Positions 36,374 through 47,081 of a stretch of DNA of 64,000 bases are shown here, one piece after another. The notes under the pieces were generated by a model. The model did no database searches. It saw only the letters and a list, made by a program, of their open reading frames with translations, and was not told the DNA's origin. Where the stretch lies: assembly GCA_902528875.1 (NCBI GenBank), contig CABZTX010000001.1:51865-115864 (forward strand), given 5' to 3'. Position numbers and translations under genes: made by a program. The first letter of the stretch is position 1, and every line of letters begins with the position of its first letter. The DNA comes from an uncultured SAR86 cluster bacterium. Lineage in GTDB: Bacteria > Pseudomonadota > Gammaproteobacteria > Magnimaribacterales > D2472.

Positions 36374-38182
36374 ATGTTGCAGTCAATAAAAGAATTTTTA
36401 AGAGTCATTGGAGAAATTAGATATATTGTTCCTTTATTAAGATATAAGTGGCCCGATCCTGATGATAACGCTTCATTAGCTCATTCGTTTGAGCAAAGTG
36501 TAGAAAAGTATAAAAATAAGAACTTTATATTTTTTGAAGATGAGACTTGGACATATTCAGAAATGAATAATGCTGCAAATATCCTAGCTCATAAGTTAAT
36601 TGAGGATGGTATTTCACATGGCGATAAAGTTATCTTATTTATGGAGAACAGGCCAAGTTATGTTTCAACAATATTGGCACTCAATAAGATTGGAGCTGTC
36701 GGTGTTTTAATAAATACTAGCCTCAAAGGTGAGCCTTTAATTCATTGTATTAATTCTTCCAATTCTAAAAAATGCATTTTTGGTGCAGAGCTATCTGATT
36801 CTCTTGAGGGAGTTCTTAACAGTATTAATATAACAGCAAAATCTGATATTTATTGGGTGCAAGATCTTCCTAATGATAATTGTCCAGAATGGGCAACTGA
36901 TGTTAATAAAATTTTAGATTTATCTAAAACAGATAATTTAAGTCAAACAAACAATGTTACTGCAAAGGATATAGCTTTTTATATTTTTACTTCTGGAACA
37001 ACTGGAGTTCCCAAGGCAGCATTATTTCCAAATGTAAAAATAGTTGCCTCATCAACCAATATCACACGTGGTGGATACAGAATGAATAGTGAAGATTGTT
37101 TATATAATTGTCTTCCTCTTTATCATTCTACTGGGATGATGTTAGGACTATGTGCATGCATTCATGTAGGTGCATCTACATTTATTAAAAGAAAATTTTC
37201 AGCTTCCTCTTTTTGGAAAGAAGTTAAAAAATATAATACAACCGCCTTCATATACGTTGGAGAATTATGTCGATATCTCAGTTTACAGGATCCTGTTGAT
37301 GAAGAAAAAGATAATCCTATTACAAAAATGGTTGGAAATGGACTTCGTCCAGATTTATGGGACTGTTTTAGAAATAGATTTTGTGTGGATAGAATATGTG
37401 AAATATATGGTGCTAGTGAGGGTAACGGTTTCTTTATGAATTTGCTAAATAAGGATCAAACTATTGGAATGACTAATAACAAAATTGAATTACTTGAATA
37501 TGACATTGGAGAAAATAAATTAAAAATAGATATAGATGGTAATTTTATAAGAGTGAAAGAAAATCAACCTGGTCTAGCATTGGTAGAAATTGGTCCAAAC
37601 GCAATTTTTAATGGCTACACTGATAAAAAAGCAAGTGAAGAAAAAATTTTTAGAAACGTCTTTAATGACGGTGATAGTTGGTTTAACACCGGAGATATTC
37701 TTAAAACCATGGATGTTGGTTTTGCTCTTGGAAGAAAACATTATCAATTTGTTGACAGAGTTGGAGATACTTTTAGATGGAAATCAGAAAATGTTTCTAC
37801 GAATGAAGTTGCAGAAATATTAAATTTGTTCAATCAAGTTAATATGGCAAATGTTTACGGAGTCAAAATTCCTAAAAGCGAAGGAAGAGCTGGTATGGTC
37901 GCTTTTAATTGCGAACTCAAAGAGTTCAACTGGAGTGACTTTTCTGATTTTGTTGCTGAAAAGTTACCAAAATATGCTCAGCCTGTTTTTATAAGAATTA
38001 TTAAAGAGCTGGAAACAACAGGAACTTTTAAATTAAAGAAAAATGACCTTAGAGAAGAAGCTTATCATTTAGATAAAATTAAAGGTGATCAGATTTATAT
38101 CAAAAAACCTGGTAATAGTTTATATGAGGTTTTAGATCAAAATTATTATGACATAATAATGAGTGGTGAAGCTGGCTTTTGA
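36374..38182 (+). CDS. Long/very-long-chain acyl-CoA synthetase, FATP (fatty-acid transport protein)-type
   Basis: 602 aa. YIFTSGTTGVPKAA, YGASEGN, and the FATP signature FVDRVGDTFRWKSENVSTNEV. Confidence 0.88.
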   Translation: MLQSIKEFLRVIGEIRYIVPLLRYKWPDPDDNASLAHSFEQSVEKYKNKNFIFFEDETWTYSEMNNAANILAHKLIEDGISHGDKVILFMENRPSYVSTILALNKIGAVGVLINTSLKGEPLIHCINSSNSKKCIFGAELSDSLEGVLNSINITAKSDIYWVQDLPNDNCPEWATDVNKILDLSKTDNLSQTNNVTAKDIAFYIFTSGTTGVPKAALFPNVKIVASSTNITRGGYRMNSEDCLYNCLPLYHSTGMMLGLCACIHVGASTFIKRKFSASSFWKEVKKYNTTAFIYVGELCRYLSLQDPVDEEKDNPITKMVGNGLRPDLWDCFRNRFCVDRICEIYGASEGNGFFMNLLNKDQTIGMTNNKIELLEYDIGENKLKIDIDGNFIRVKENQPGLALVEIGPNAIFNGYTDKKASEEKIFRNVFNDGDSWFNTGDILKTMDVGFALGRKHYQFVDRVGDTFRWKSENVSTNEVAEILNLFNQVNMANVYGVKIPKSEGRAGMVAFNCELKEFNWSDFSDFVAEKLPKYAQPVFIRIIKELETTGTFKLKKNDLREEAYHLDKIKGDQIYIKKPGNSLYEVLDQNYYDIIMSGEAGF

Positions 38183-38190
38183 AAATATAG

Positions 38191-39207
38191 TTAAGAATTA
38201 ATAATACTTCCTAACTTACCTCTTGTTTTGATAGCTCTATCGTCGTTAGACAATTTTTCCCAGCTTATATATGAATCAGCCTTCATTTTTAAAATATTTT
38301 CTGATTGTTGAATATGATTATCTTCAAAAACATCCAATGTTCTTTTCACCTCTTCTCTTTCATTGCAAATTAAAGCCATATCGCAACCTGCTTTAATAGT
38401 TTTTAATGCCTTAACAGAACACGTTTCAGATCCCGCGCCTTTCATGGAAAGATCATCACTGATTACTAATCCTTTATAATTAAGTCTATTCTTTAGTATT
38501 TCCTTTATCCAAAATTCTGAAAAGCTTGGTATCTCATTTGATATATTTTTAAATAAAATATGAGCGCACATTATGGCGTCAAGTTTTTTTGATAAATCAT
38601 TGAATGGTTTTATATCATTATCAATCAATTCTTCAAGATTTCTGTTATCAATTGGGATTTCAATATGGCTATCAGCAAAAATTCCACCGTGGCCAGGAAA
38701 ATGCTTTCCAGTTGATTTCATTCCAGCTTCATGCATTCCATCAATATATTCAGATGCAAATCTTATAACCTCATTAGAATTATTTGAGAAAGATCTATCA
38801 CCAATAATACTGGAAGTAGATTTATCAACGTCTAGAACTGGTGCAAAATTTACGTCTATGCCTACAGATAATAATTCAGAAGAAATTAGCCACCCAGTAT
38901 CTTTGAATAAAGAGTCATCATTATAAGCAGACACATATTCTGAAATCATTTGCATTGAAGGGATTTTAGTAAAGTCATGGGAAAATCTTTGAACCCTGCC
39001 ACCCTCTTGATCAACAGCCACTAGCAGATTATTTTTAATTTTTTTTATACTGCTAACAAGATCTTTTATTTGGGCTCTAGATTCAAAGTTTCTTGAAAAT
39101 AGTATCACTCCACCAATATTTTTATTTTTTAAAAGTTCGATATCTTCATTTGATAGATATTTTTTTTCAATATCAATCATTAGTCTGCCAAAAAAAGAAT
39201 TCATCAT
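38191..39207 (-). CDS. nagZ: Beta-N-acetylhexosaminidase (GH3)
   Basis: 338 aa. DQEGGRVQRF, KHFPGHGG, VISDDLSMKG. Confidence 0.9.
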   Translation of the reverse strand: MMNSFFGRLMIDIEKKYLSNEDIELLKNKNIGGVILFSRNFESRAQIKDLVSSIKKIKNNLLVAVDQEGGRVQRFSHDFTKIPSMQMISEYVSAYNDDSLFKDTGWLISSELLSVGIDVNFAPVLDVDKSTSSIIGDRSFSNNSNEVIRFASEYIDGMHEAGMKSTGKHFPGHGGIFADSHIEIPIDNRNLEELIDNDIKPFNDLSKKLDAIMCAHILFKNISNEIPSFSEFWIKEILKNRLNYKGLVISDDLSMKGAGSETCSVKALKTIKAGCDMALICNEREEVKRTLDVFEDNHIQQSENILKMKADSYISWEKLSNDDRAIKTRGKLGSIINS

Positions 39208-39228
39208 TACATTATGTTAGAAATAAAT

Positions 39229-40032
39229 TTAACTATCTTTCCAATTTGGTTTTCTCTTTTCTAGGAATGATCCTATACCTTCTATTGCATCGTGATCTAA
39301 GATGTTCTCAGACATTATTTGAGATGTATAATTATATGCTCCAGCTAGATCTAATTCGTGTTGCCTATAAAAAGCTTTTTTACCTGTCTCAATAGTTAAA
39401 GAAGGTTTCTTAGCTATTTTTTTCGCAAGATTATTAACATTAGTTTTAAGATCATCTGATGATACAAAATCATTAATCAAGCCGATTCTTTTTGCCTCAG
39501 ACGCATCGATTAAGTCCCCAGTTAAAAGCATTTTCATTGCATCTTTTTTCTTAACGTTTCTTGATAATGCAACCATAGGGGTTGAGCAAAATAGTCCTAT
39601 GTTTACTCCCGGCGTCGCAAACCTGGCCTCAGAAGAAGATATTGCCAAATCACAGCTTGCAACAAGCTGACAGCCCGCAGCAGTAGCAATACCATCAACC
39701 TCTGCAATAATAGGTTTTGGACAATTCACAATAAGTTGCATCAATTGAGAACACTGATCGAAAAGGTTTTTAAAATATGTCTTGCCTTTATCATCATTTT
39801 GTCTTGCATTTGTAATTTCTTTCAAGTTATGACCAGAAGAAAAAATGGTTCCAATAGCATCAATGATAATTACCTTAACTCTTTTATCCAAAGAGAGAGA
39901 TTTAATTTTATCCTCTAAAGCCGTCATCATTTCTTCAGATAAAGAATTACCACTATTTTCATCATTTAAAGTAAGACGAGTTATCCCATCGTCAATATTG
40001 TTTAAAAATACAATGTCATTTTTCTTTTTCAT
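39229..40032 (-). CDS. Enoyl-CoA hydratase/isomerase family protein
   Basis: 267 aa. FSSGHNL, AAGCQLVASCDLAISS, EGIGSFLEKRKPNW. Confidence 0.85.
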   Translation of the reverse strand: MKKKNDIVFLNNIDDGITRLTLNDENSGNSLSEEMMTALEDKIKSLSLDKRVKVIIIDAIGTIFSSGHNLKEITNARQNDDKGKTYFKNLFDQCSQLMQLIVNCPKPIIAEVDGIATAAGCQLVASCDLAISSSEARFATPGVNIGLFCSTPMVALSRNVKKKDAMKMLLTGDLIDASEAKRIGLINDFVSSDDLKTNVNNLAKKIAKKPSLTIETGKKAFYRQHELDLAGAYNYTSQIMSENILDHDAIEGIGSFLEKRKPNWKDS

Positions 40033-40070
40033 AATATTATTTAATGATAATTACCAAATTTAGTCCAATT

Positions 40071-40481
40071 TTATGTAATCTCCAAAACAATTTTAGGACA
40101 TCTATCCATAATTACTTTTAATCCTGCTTGCTCAGCGAGGTATGCAGCTTTTTCATTAATCACTCCTAATTGCATCCATAATATCTTTGCATCAACATTT
40201 ATTGCCTCCTCTGCAACGTTAAATGCAAATTCACTAGATCTAAAAACATCAACCATATCAATTTTTTTATCTATCTCATTTAAATTTTTAAAACATTTTT
40301 TTCCAAGAATTAAATTATCTACATTTGGATTGACTGGTAAAACATCATATCCACTATCAATCAAGAATTTCATCACTTTATAGCTATCTCTTTCAGGATT
40401 TTGGCTTGCACCAACAACGGCAATTGTCTTTACAGTTTGAAGTAAGGCTATTAGATAACCATCCTCATATTCTATTTTCAT
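40071..40481 (-). CDS. CoA-binding protein (YccU-like)
   Basis: 136 aa. KTIAVVGASQNPERDSYKV, VNP, DVFR. Confidence 0.8.
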   Translation of the reverse strand: MKIEYEDGYLIALLQTVKTIAVVGASQNPERDSYKVMKFLIDSGYDVLPVNPNVDNLILGKKCFKNLNEIDKKIDMVDVFRSSEFAFNVAEEAINVDAKILWMQLGVINEKAAYLAEQAGLKVIMDRCPKIVLEIT

Positions 40482-40494
40482 ATTTTTTGGTTAT

Positions 40495-41058
40495 TTAGAT
40501 GTATGGTTTAATTTTATCTAATAGTTCAGTCAATTCTGGTTTATTAGCTTTAATTTCACTCTCTGAAAGACCTTCAAGCTCGTGTGGGAATACAAGCCAT
40601 TGATCAGTTTTGTGTAAATAATAATCTGGCTCCTTGTCGGTTTGATTTTTACCCGGCTTAAAATATGGGGTTGCAACTCTTATTTCTGGTGTATTCTTTT
40701 TGCATGCTTTTTTAATGTCACTTATGACTTGGCCAATTGAATGACCTGTATCATGAACATCGTCAACTATTAAAAGCTTGTCTTCTGACTGAAGTTTTCT
40801 AATCACATAGTTTAATCCATATACTTGGACATTTTTGCTTCTTTGGTCAATTCCAGTGTAATAGGAAGTTCTTATTGCAACATGATCAGATTCAAGACCT
40901 AGTACACTCAAAAATTCTTGAACTGCGATACCTACCGGAGCTCCGCCTCTCCAAACACCAACAATATAATTTGGCTTATATCCACTTTCAAAGACTTTCC
41001 AAGCTAATTTGTATGAATCTTTTAAAAGTTCACTCGACTGGATAAATAATTTTTCCAT
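40495..41058 (-). CDS. Purine/xanthine-type phosphoribosyltransferase
   Basis: PRPP-binding motif LLIVDDVHDTGHS. ATG 41058 (MEKLFIQ) preferred over the track's GTG 41064. Confidence 0.75.
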   Translation of the reverse strand: MEKLFIQSSELLKDSYKLAWKVFESGYKPNYIVGVWRGGAPVGIAVQEFLSVLGLESDHVAIRTSYYTGIDQRSKNVQVYGLNYVIRKLQSEDKLLIVDDVHDTGHSIGQVISDIKKACKKNTPEIRVATPYFKPGKNQTDKEPDYYLHKTDQWLVFPHELEGLSESEIKANKPELTELLDKIKPYI

Positions 41059-41121
41059 TAGCACATAATTACATTTCTAATAGAAGTTGCAACAATTTAA
41101 GATAGATTAGTTATATAACTA

Positions 41122-43476
41122 TTAAAAATCTAAACTTATGCGAGTCATTATCTGTCTTGGTGGAATTAGCTCTATTCCTGTAGCGGCAATACCAAAAACA
41201 TCTGTCATACTAGAGTTGACACCATCCTCATCAGTCATGTTAAGAAACATAAAATCTAAACTCCAATCATTTGCATAGTCAATTCCAATTGTGAAATTTA
41301 CAATGTTGTAACTATCTACGAAATCAACAGCTGGATTATTGGAAACACGTTGCTCAAATTCTCCTCTTTTTACGTACTGCAATGCTGTATTAAAAATGTT
41401 GCCTGACGGAAGATCTTTTGAATAGATTAAGCTTATATCTGCTGTTGACTCAGGAGTTTTTGCTAACTTATTACCTTTTACATTTTCCCTTAAACCATAT
41501 CTAATTAGCTCTTCACCTTCAGCAGAGTATTGAAATGCGTCAACATTATCAAGAACCATATAATCTGATGTTACCTCGCTATCAATGAAAGCAAGATTCA
41601 CATCTAAAGTTAACGAATCTGAAAGTATTCCAGTGAATTCTATTTCAACTCCTGACATTTCAGATTCTGGAATATTTGCTACACCACCTTGATATTGATC
41701 GGGATCTGTAGCTTGAAATTGTAAATTTTCATATGTGTAAGAAAATGCTGCAATATTTGCTCTTGCTCTCCCATCAAGTAAATCTGTTTTTAGACCAACC
41801 TCAAAAGAGTCTATTGTTTCTGGTTCAAACGACTTAAATACCATTGCTGGTGCGACAGCTGCATCAAATCTAAATATAGCGTCAAGTTCTTCTCTTGTTG
41901 CTCTTCCAAATGTTAGATTAGTCCCACCAGGTTTGAAGCCTCTTGTAAATGATACATAAGTCATCGTGTCATCATCCATATCAAATTCTAAAGTAACTTT
42001 TCCTGTTATTTCATCAGCTGTCCCTTTTTCGTTAAAAATATCAACGTTGTAAAAATTAGCAACATCTGTTTTGAAAGTATCTTCTGTGTAACGCAATCCT
42101 GATATCAAACGCATGTCATCACTATAGGAATAAGTAGTTTCTCCATATATTGAAAATGATTCTCTTGATGGGAATGCATCTGTAACAAAATCAAATTCTC
42201 CTGCAGAAAAAACATCAAGAAGGCCAGGAAAGCTATATGTATGTGTGTAACAATAAGTTGACCTAGCAAATGGCTCTCCACATTCATATCTAATCTCACC
42301 ATTCGCATCCCAATCTCTATAACCTCTAATATGATTTTCAATTTCATGTTCCATATAAAATGCACCAACTACCCAATCCAGTTTTCCATCCATAATTGGT
42401 TCATTTGAAATTAGATTTATTTCAAAAGTTGTAGTGTCAACTAATGAAGTTTCAGGCCTAAACTCTGCTTTTATGTAAGTTGTTCCACTCAAACCTGGAA
42501 TGGATAACACAGGATCACCAAAATTATGTCTGTCATTATCTCTATCAACCAAAATATCATCTTTTTGTTTGCTTGCGAGAATTTTTAAGTTTGCAAAACC
42601 TAAGTCTGATTCATAAATCGCTGCATAAACGGACGAGGTTAATTCTTGATTTGATAATGTATCTTGTGAAAGTCTTCTTGGATTAACGGTTGAGTCATCA
42701 ATACCCTTCATTGCAGCTCCATTTCTGTCAGTATTAAAATATTGACCAAAAATTCTAAGAGAGGTACTTTCATTTATATCAAAAATCCAATCACTTCTTA
42801 TGCTGACGTTGTCAGCATCATCAAGATACTGTCCGTTGGTTACATTTTTTGAGAAACCATCTCGATTCACTACCGAAACTGCTAATCTTGTTGCGATTGT
42901 ATCTGATATAGGAGTGTTAGATGATGCAGAAAGCTTCATCATATTGTAATTACCCATAGTTAATTGTGTTTTTGCTGATCGTTCATCTGTAGATGGTTTT
43001 TTGCTAATAACATTTATTGCACCACCTGTTGAATTTTGACCAAATAAAGTACCTTGTGGTCCCCTTAATACTTCAATTCTTTCAACATCTAAAAAATCAG
43101 TTTGGAGAGCAAATGGAGAAGCTATAAAGATTCCATCCATATGATAAGCAACGGAAGGAGCAGCAATAGCATTCTGATTGGTTTCATTACCAACGCCTCT
43201 AATTGATATGACAGTTTTGTATCCTTCATTTTTTGCGACTGTAACACCTGGGACAATTGCGCTAAGGTCAACAATTGAATTAATATTTTTAACTTCAATT
43301 TCTGAACTAGTCAATGCGGTAACTGCTTGAGAAACTCCTTGTAAACTTTCACTTCTTTTTTCAGCCGTAACAATAACCTCTTCAAAAACAGATTGATCAT
43401 CTTGCCCTTGGATATTGATACTTGTTATTAGAAATGCAACAAAGATTGTTTTACCAAACATATTAATAATTTTCAT
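41122..43476 (-). CDS. TonB-dependent receptor
   Basis: 784 aa. Signal peptide, plug (EEVIVTAEKR, VLRGPQGTLFGQNSTGGAINV), long beta-barrel, C-terminal Phe (RISLDF). Confidence 0.93.
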   Translation of the reverse strand: MKIINMFGKTIFVAFLITSINIQGQDDQSVFEEVIVTAEKRSESLQGVSQAVTALTSSEIEVKNINSIVDLSAIVPGVTVAKNEGYKTVISIRGVGNETNQNAIAAPSVAYHMDGIFIASPFALQTDFLDVERIEVLRGPQGTLFGQNSTGGAINVISKKPSTDERSAKTQLTMGNYNMMKLSASSNTPISDTIATRLAVSVVNRDGFSKNVTNGQYLDDADNVSIRSDWIFDINESTSLRIFGQYFNTDRNGAAMKGIDDSTVNPRRLSQDTLSNQELTSSVYAAIYESDLGFANLKILASKQKDDILVDRDNDRHNFGDPVLSIPGLSGTTYIKAEFRPETSLVDTTTFEINLISNEPIMDGKLDWVVGAFYMEHEIENHIRGYRDWDANGEIRYECGEPFARSTYCYTHTYSFPGLLDVFSAGEFDFVTDAFPSRESFSIYGETTYSYSDDMRLISGLRYTEDTFKTDVANFYNVDIFNEKGTADEITGKVTLEFDMDDDTMTYVSFTRGFKPGGTNLTFGRATREELDAIFRFDAAVAPAMVFKSFEPETIDSFEVGLKTDLLDGRARANIAAFSYTYENLQFQATDPDQYQGGVANIPESEMSGVEIEFTGILSDSLTLDVNLAFIDSEVTSDYMVLDNVDAFQYSAEGEELIRYGLRENVKGNKLAKTPESTADISLIYSKDLPSGNIFNTALQYVKRGEFEQRVSNNPAVDFVDSYNIVNFTIGIDYANDWSLDFMFLNMTDEDGVNSSMTDVFGIAATGIELIPPRQIMTRISLDF

Positions 43477-43598
43477 ATTTTTTGCCCCTTAAATAAATAT
43501 AAATAAAATGTATTATTATATATGCATGCAAGTTTTATGCCAAAAAATTTAAATTTATAATTGAGATCTGGTTTATTTAATAACATATACTACTTATT

Positions 43599-44897
43599 AT
43601 GAAATCATCACTAGATAAATTTTTTAAATTATCTGAGCATAATACCGACATAAACACTGAATTATTAGCTGGATTTACAACATTTGTAACAATGGCATAT
43701 ATTATTTTTGTAAATCCTCAGATTATGTCTTTAACCGGAATGGATCAAGGAGCAATTTTTGTTGGAACATGTCTTGCTGCTGCAATAGCATGTTTTATTA
43801 TGGGTTTTTACTCTAATTGGCCAGTTGGCTTAGCCCCTGGAATGGGACTAAATGCCTTTTTCACATTTACAGTGGTTGGAGAAATGGGTTACTCATGGGA
43901 AGTTGCACTAGGAGCAGTTTTTATTGCTGGAATTTTATTTTTTATCATGAGCATTACAAAATTAAGACGATGGATGCTTGATAGTATTCCTTTGAGTTTA
44001 AGAATTGCTATGGGTTGTGGTGTAGGGCTTTTTATTGGCTTTATTGGTCTTAAGAGTGGCGGAATTGTTGTTTCAAATGATGCGACCTTTTTAAGTCTAG
44101 GGAATTTTGATAATACAGAAACACTTTTAGCAGCTATTGGATTTCTTTTGATATCAGTCCTAGCGATAAGAAAAATCACTGGTGCAATCATTATTGGAGT
44201 TTTAGTGATAACCTTTGCTTCTCTATTTTTAAACCTTGTTGAATTTAATGGAGTAGTTTCCTATCCACCTGAATTAAGTCCTACCTTATTGAAACTTGAT
44301 ATTATTGGTGCCCTAGATGTTGCAATGATAAGCATCATAATGTCTTTTCTTTTTGTAAATCTTTTTGATACTGCCGGTACTTTGTTAGGCGTAGCAACCA
44401 GAGCAAACATCATTGATCAAAATGGTAACGCTACAAATCTTGATAAAGCACTCTTGGCAGATAGTGGTTCAAGTATCTTTGGAACTTTTTTTGGATGCTC
44501 GCCAGTAACCAGTTATGTTGAGAGTTCAGCAGGGGTAGAAGCTGGAGGAAGAACTGGTTTGACCGCTGTTACAGTTGGTCTATTGTTTCTGCTAGCAATA
44601 TTTTTTTCACCCATTGCAATGATGGTTCCAGCTTATGCAACTTCAGGTGCTCTTATTTATGTTTCGATTTTAATGTTAAGTGGAATGGAAAAATTGGACT
44701 GGTCTGATTTTTCGGAACTTCTTCCAGCTTTAATAATTATAGTCATGATTCCTCTCACTTTTTCTATCGCAAACGGTATTGCACTTGGTTTTATAGCATA
44801 TGTAGTTTTAAAAATAGGAAAAGGTGATATCAACAAAATATCATCTGGGGCTTGGTTTTTAACTTTGATATTTTTATCTAAATTTATATTTCTATAA
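43599..44897 (+). CDS. NCS2-family nucleobase permease (AzgA-type adenine/guanine/hypoxanthine)
   Basis: 432 aa, polytopic. ELLAGFTTFVTMAYIIFVNP, GLAPGMGLNAFF, SYVESSAGV. Confidence 0.88.
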   Translation: MKSSLDKFFKLSEHNTDINTELLAGFTTFVTMAYIIFVNPQIMSLTGMDQGAIFVGTCLAAAIACFIMGFYSNWPVGLAPGMGLNAFFTFTVVGEMGYSWEVALGAVFIAGILFFIMSITKLRRWMLDSIPLSLRIAMGCGVGLFIGFIGLKSGGIVVSNDATFLSLGNFDNTETLLAAIGFLLISVLAIRKITGAIIIGVLVITFASLFLNLVEFNGVVSYPPELSPTLLKLDIIGALDVAMISIIMSFLFVNLFDTAGTLLGVATRANIIDQNGNATNLDKALLADSGSSIFGTFFGCSPVTSYVESSAGVEAGGRTGLTAVTVGLLFLLAIFFSPIAMMVPAYATSGALIYVSILMLSGMEKLDWSDFSELLPALIIIVMIPLTFSIANGIALGFIAYVVLKIGKGDINKISSGAWFLTLIFLSKFIFL

Positions 44898-44899
44898 AA

Positions 44900-45760
44900 T
44901 TAAATACCAGCTATTTTACTTAAAGAGCTTGATCCAAAACTATCTTTAATCTTTGTAATTGTTCTGATTACCTTGAGGATCATTGGTTCTTTTACTTCAT
45001 ACTTAAATTCTTTACTTATTATTAATTTTTTGTACCAACTATAAACATGCGGGTGAAGCCGATCAAAAGGATAACCTGACAAATATAATCTATGAGTGTA
45101 TATAAACCAAGCAATATCTAAGATTGAGAGATCGTCACCTAAAAGATATTCATGGTTATGTAGTTTATTCTCAAAAGCATCGTATTCTTTTTTAAACTTT
45201 AATACTGAACTTTTTATCGAATCGTTTGTGATTCCATTATTGTTATTAAGATTTTTATAAAAACTCAAGATTTTATTTTTATGACTGTCTTCTTTCTCAA
45301 GGATAGTCCCTTTGTCATCTCTTAATTTATTAATTAATTTGTTGCTTTTCTTCCTTAAATTATTTCCAAATAGAAAACGAAAACTTATATTTCTTAAATC
45401 GATATGCAAATCATCTTCTTCTTTTAACAAATTTGATATATCACTTTCAAATTTAAGGGGAATAAGATTAGGTTGAGAAAATCTTTTCTCTAAATGTTGA
45501 ATGATATCATTGCTTTCAATATGGACATCCCCATCATCAATTAGTACTGGTACTTGAGCTCTTGGATTTATTCCAAGAAACCAATCTGAATAATTTTCAT
45601 TAGAGACTAAATTGATTGACTTTGATTTCCAGCTTATATTTTTAAGATTTAAAAATATTCTTGTTTTTTGAGAGCATGCAGAGGTTCGAAAATGTAACAA
45701 ATGTAGGCCTTTCCAATCTAAAACCTCTTTAGTTCTAATGTCATTATTGTTTAGTTTCAT
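44900..45760 (-). CDS. Glutathione S-transferase-like protein
   Basis: 286 aa. Thioredoxin-fold N-domain (SACSQKTRIFL, QVPVLIDDG, ESNDIIQHL) plus a helical C-domain. Confidence 0.65.
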   Translation of the reverse strand: MKLNNNDIRTKEVLDWKGLHLLHFRTSACSQKTRIFLNLKNISWKSKSINLVSNENYSDWFLGINPRAQVPVLIDDGDVHIESNDIIQHLEKRFSQPNLIPLKFESDISNLLKEEDDLHIDLRNISFRFLFGNNLRKKSNKLINKLRDDKGTILEKEDSHKNKILSFYKNLNNNNGITNDSIKSSVLKFKKEYDAFENKLHNHEYLLGDDLSILDIAWFIYTHRLYLSGYPFDRLHPHVYSWYKKLIISKEFKYEVKEPMILKVIRTITKIKDSFGSSSLSKIAGI

Positions 45761-45775
45761 TTTAATAAAACAAAA

Positions 45776-47071
45776 TTAATCTATGGCCATCTCCATATTT
45801 CTTTTTTCAGCTTCAGACCAGTCATTTGGCAAGACTTTAGATACAACAAAAAATGCAATTATCGAAGGTATGAATACAAGTGTTACGACACTTAACGAAT
45901 AACGAATTGACTCAACATTTGTATATCCCTCTCCAAAAACATCCATCAACCAGCCAGCAAATGTTGGGCCTCCTCCCATCCCAATCATATTAAGAATGAA
46001 GAAGAACAATGCTGTAGACATTGCTCTCATATTGATAGGAGCCAAGGTTTGTGCAATAGCAAAACTGGGTCCAAGATAAAAGCCAATTAAAAGTAGAAAA
46101 ACTGTGCCAAACATCAAATGAAGTCCAACACTAGGCACCCACCAGCTTGCAAGAGAAACAGGAATTGCTAAAGATATTGCTATTGCTGGCAATAGACCAT
46201 ATGCCCTTATATCTTTACTACCCCATTTATCAGCTAACTTAGCTCCAAAAAATGCTCCAGCAGCATATGTGGTTCCATTCATTATTCCCAAAATAATTAC
46301 AAGCGTTTGGAAATCGAATGTCGGATCAAGAGCAATTAAATATTTTGTTTGAAATGCTGCTTTTGCGTAGGATACAAATGACGCAAATGCTATTCCAAAG
46401 CACATTGCCCACCAAGCCGGAATTTTTAATAAACTTTTAACTGAATCTATAAAAGGTGGTTTCTCAAGTTGTGTTTCACTATCAAACTCCATCGAACCCC
46501 TAACAGGCTCCTTAAGAACAAGCTTTACAATTACAGCAAGTAAAACACCTGTTACTCCCAAAAAAATAAATATTTTGCGCCAGTCAACATCCTCATTTGA
46601 TGATCCCATTAAAGATGCTGTAACAAAATAAGCAGCCATAATTCCAAGCGGAATCCCCATAGAATAAAAACCAAGAGCACTTGCCCTCTCTTCTTTTGGG
46701 AACATGTCAGAGATTATCGAATGTGAAGGAGGACTTCCTCCAGCCTCTCCTATCCCAACTCCCATTCTTGCAAGTCCTATTTGAATAAAATTATTTGCTA
46801 AGCCTGTTAGTGCTGTAAAAGCACTCCATGTTGCCAAAGAAATAGATAAAATGTTAACCCTGCTGTATCTGTCTGCAAGCCATGCAATTGGTATAGCAAC
46901 AGTTGTATAAAAAACTGCAAAGGCGAGACCAATTAATAAGCCAAGCTGCGTATTGGTTAAATCAAGATCTTCTTGAATAAATGGCGCTAATATTCCAAGG
47001 ATTTGTCTATCAATAAAGTTAAATCCATAAACAATTGTTAATAGTATTAAAGCAAAAGTACGGTATTTCAT
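45776..47071 (-). CDS. MFS transporter
   Basis: 431 aa, about 12 TM. DRQILGILAP, LADRYSRVN loop motif. Confidence 0.85.
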   Translation of the reverse strand: MKYRTFALILLTIVYGFNFIDRQILGILAPFIQEDLDLTNTQLGLLIGLAFAVFYTTVAIPIAWLADRYSRVNILSISLATWSAFTALTGLANNFIQIGLARMGVGIGEAGGSPPSHSIISDMFPKEERASALGFYSMGIPLGIMAAYFVTASLMGSSNEDVDWRKIFIFLGVTGVLLAVIVKLVLKEPVRGSMEFDSETQLEKPPFIDSVKSLLKIPAWWAMCFGIAFASFVSYAKAAFQTKYLIALDPTFDFQTLVIILGIMNGTTYAAGAFFGAKLADKWGSKDIRAYGLLPAIAISLAIPVSLASWWVPSVGLHLMFGTVFLLLIGFYLGPSFAIAQTLAPINMRAMSTALFFFILNMIGMGGGPTFAGWLMDVFGEGYTNVESIRYSLSVVTLVFIPSIIAFFVVSKVLPNDWSEAEKRNMEMAID

Positions 47072-47081
47072 TTAGTATAAA

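Noticed and set aside
43477-43598. Possible purine riboswitch or Fur box between the TonB-dependent receptor and the purine permease
   Set aside because: I could not find the conserved purine-riboswitch core (the UAUAAU...GUUUCUACC...CCGUAAA pattern) or a GATAATGATAATCATTATC-like Fur box. Only trivial AT palindromes are present. A covariance-model scan would be needed to exclude them formally.
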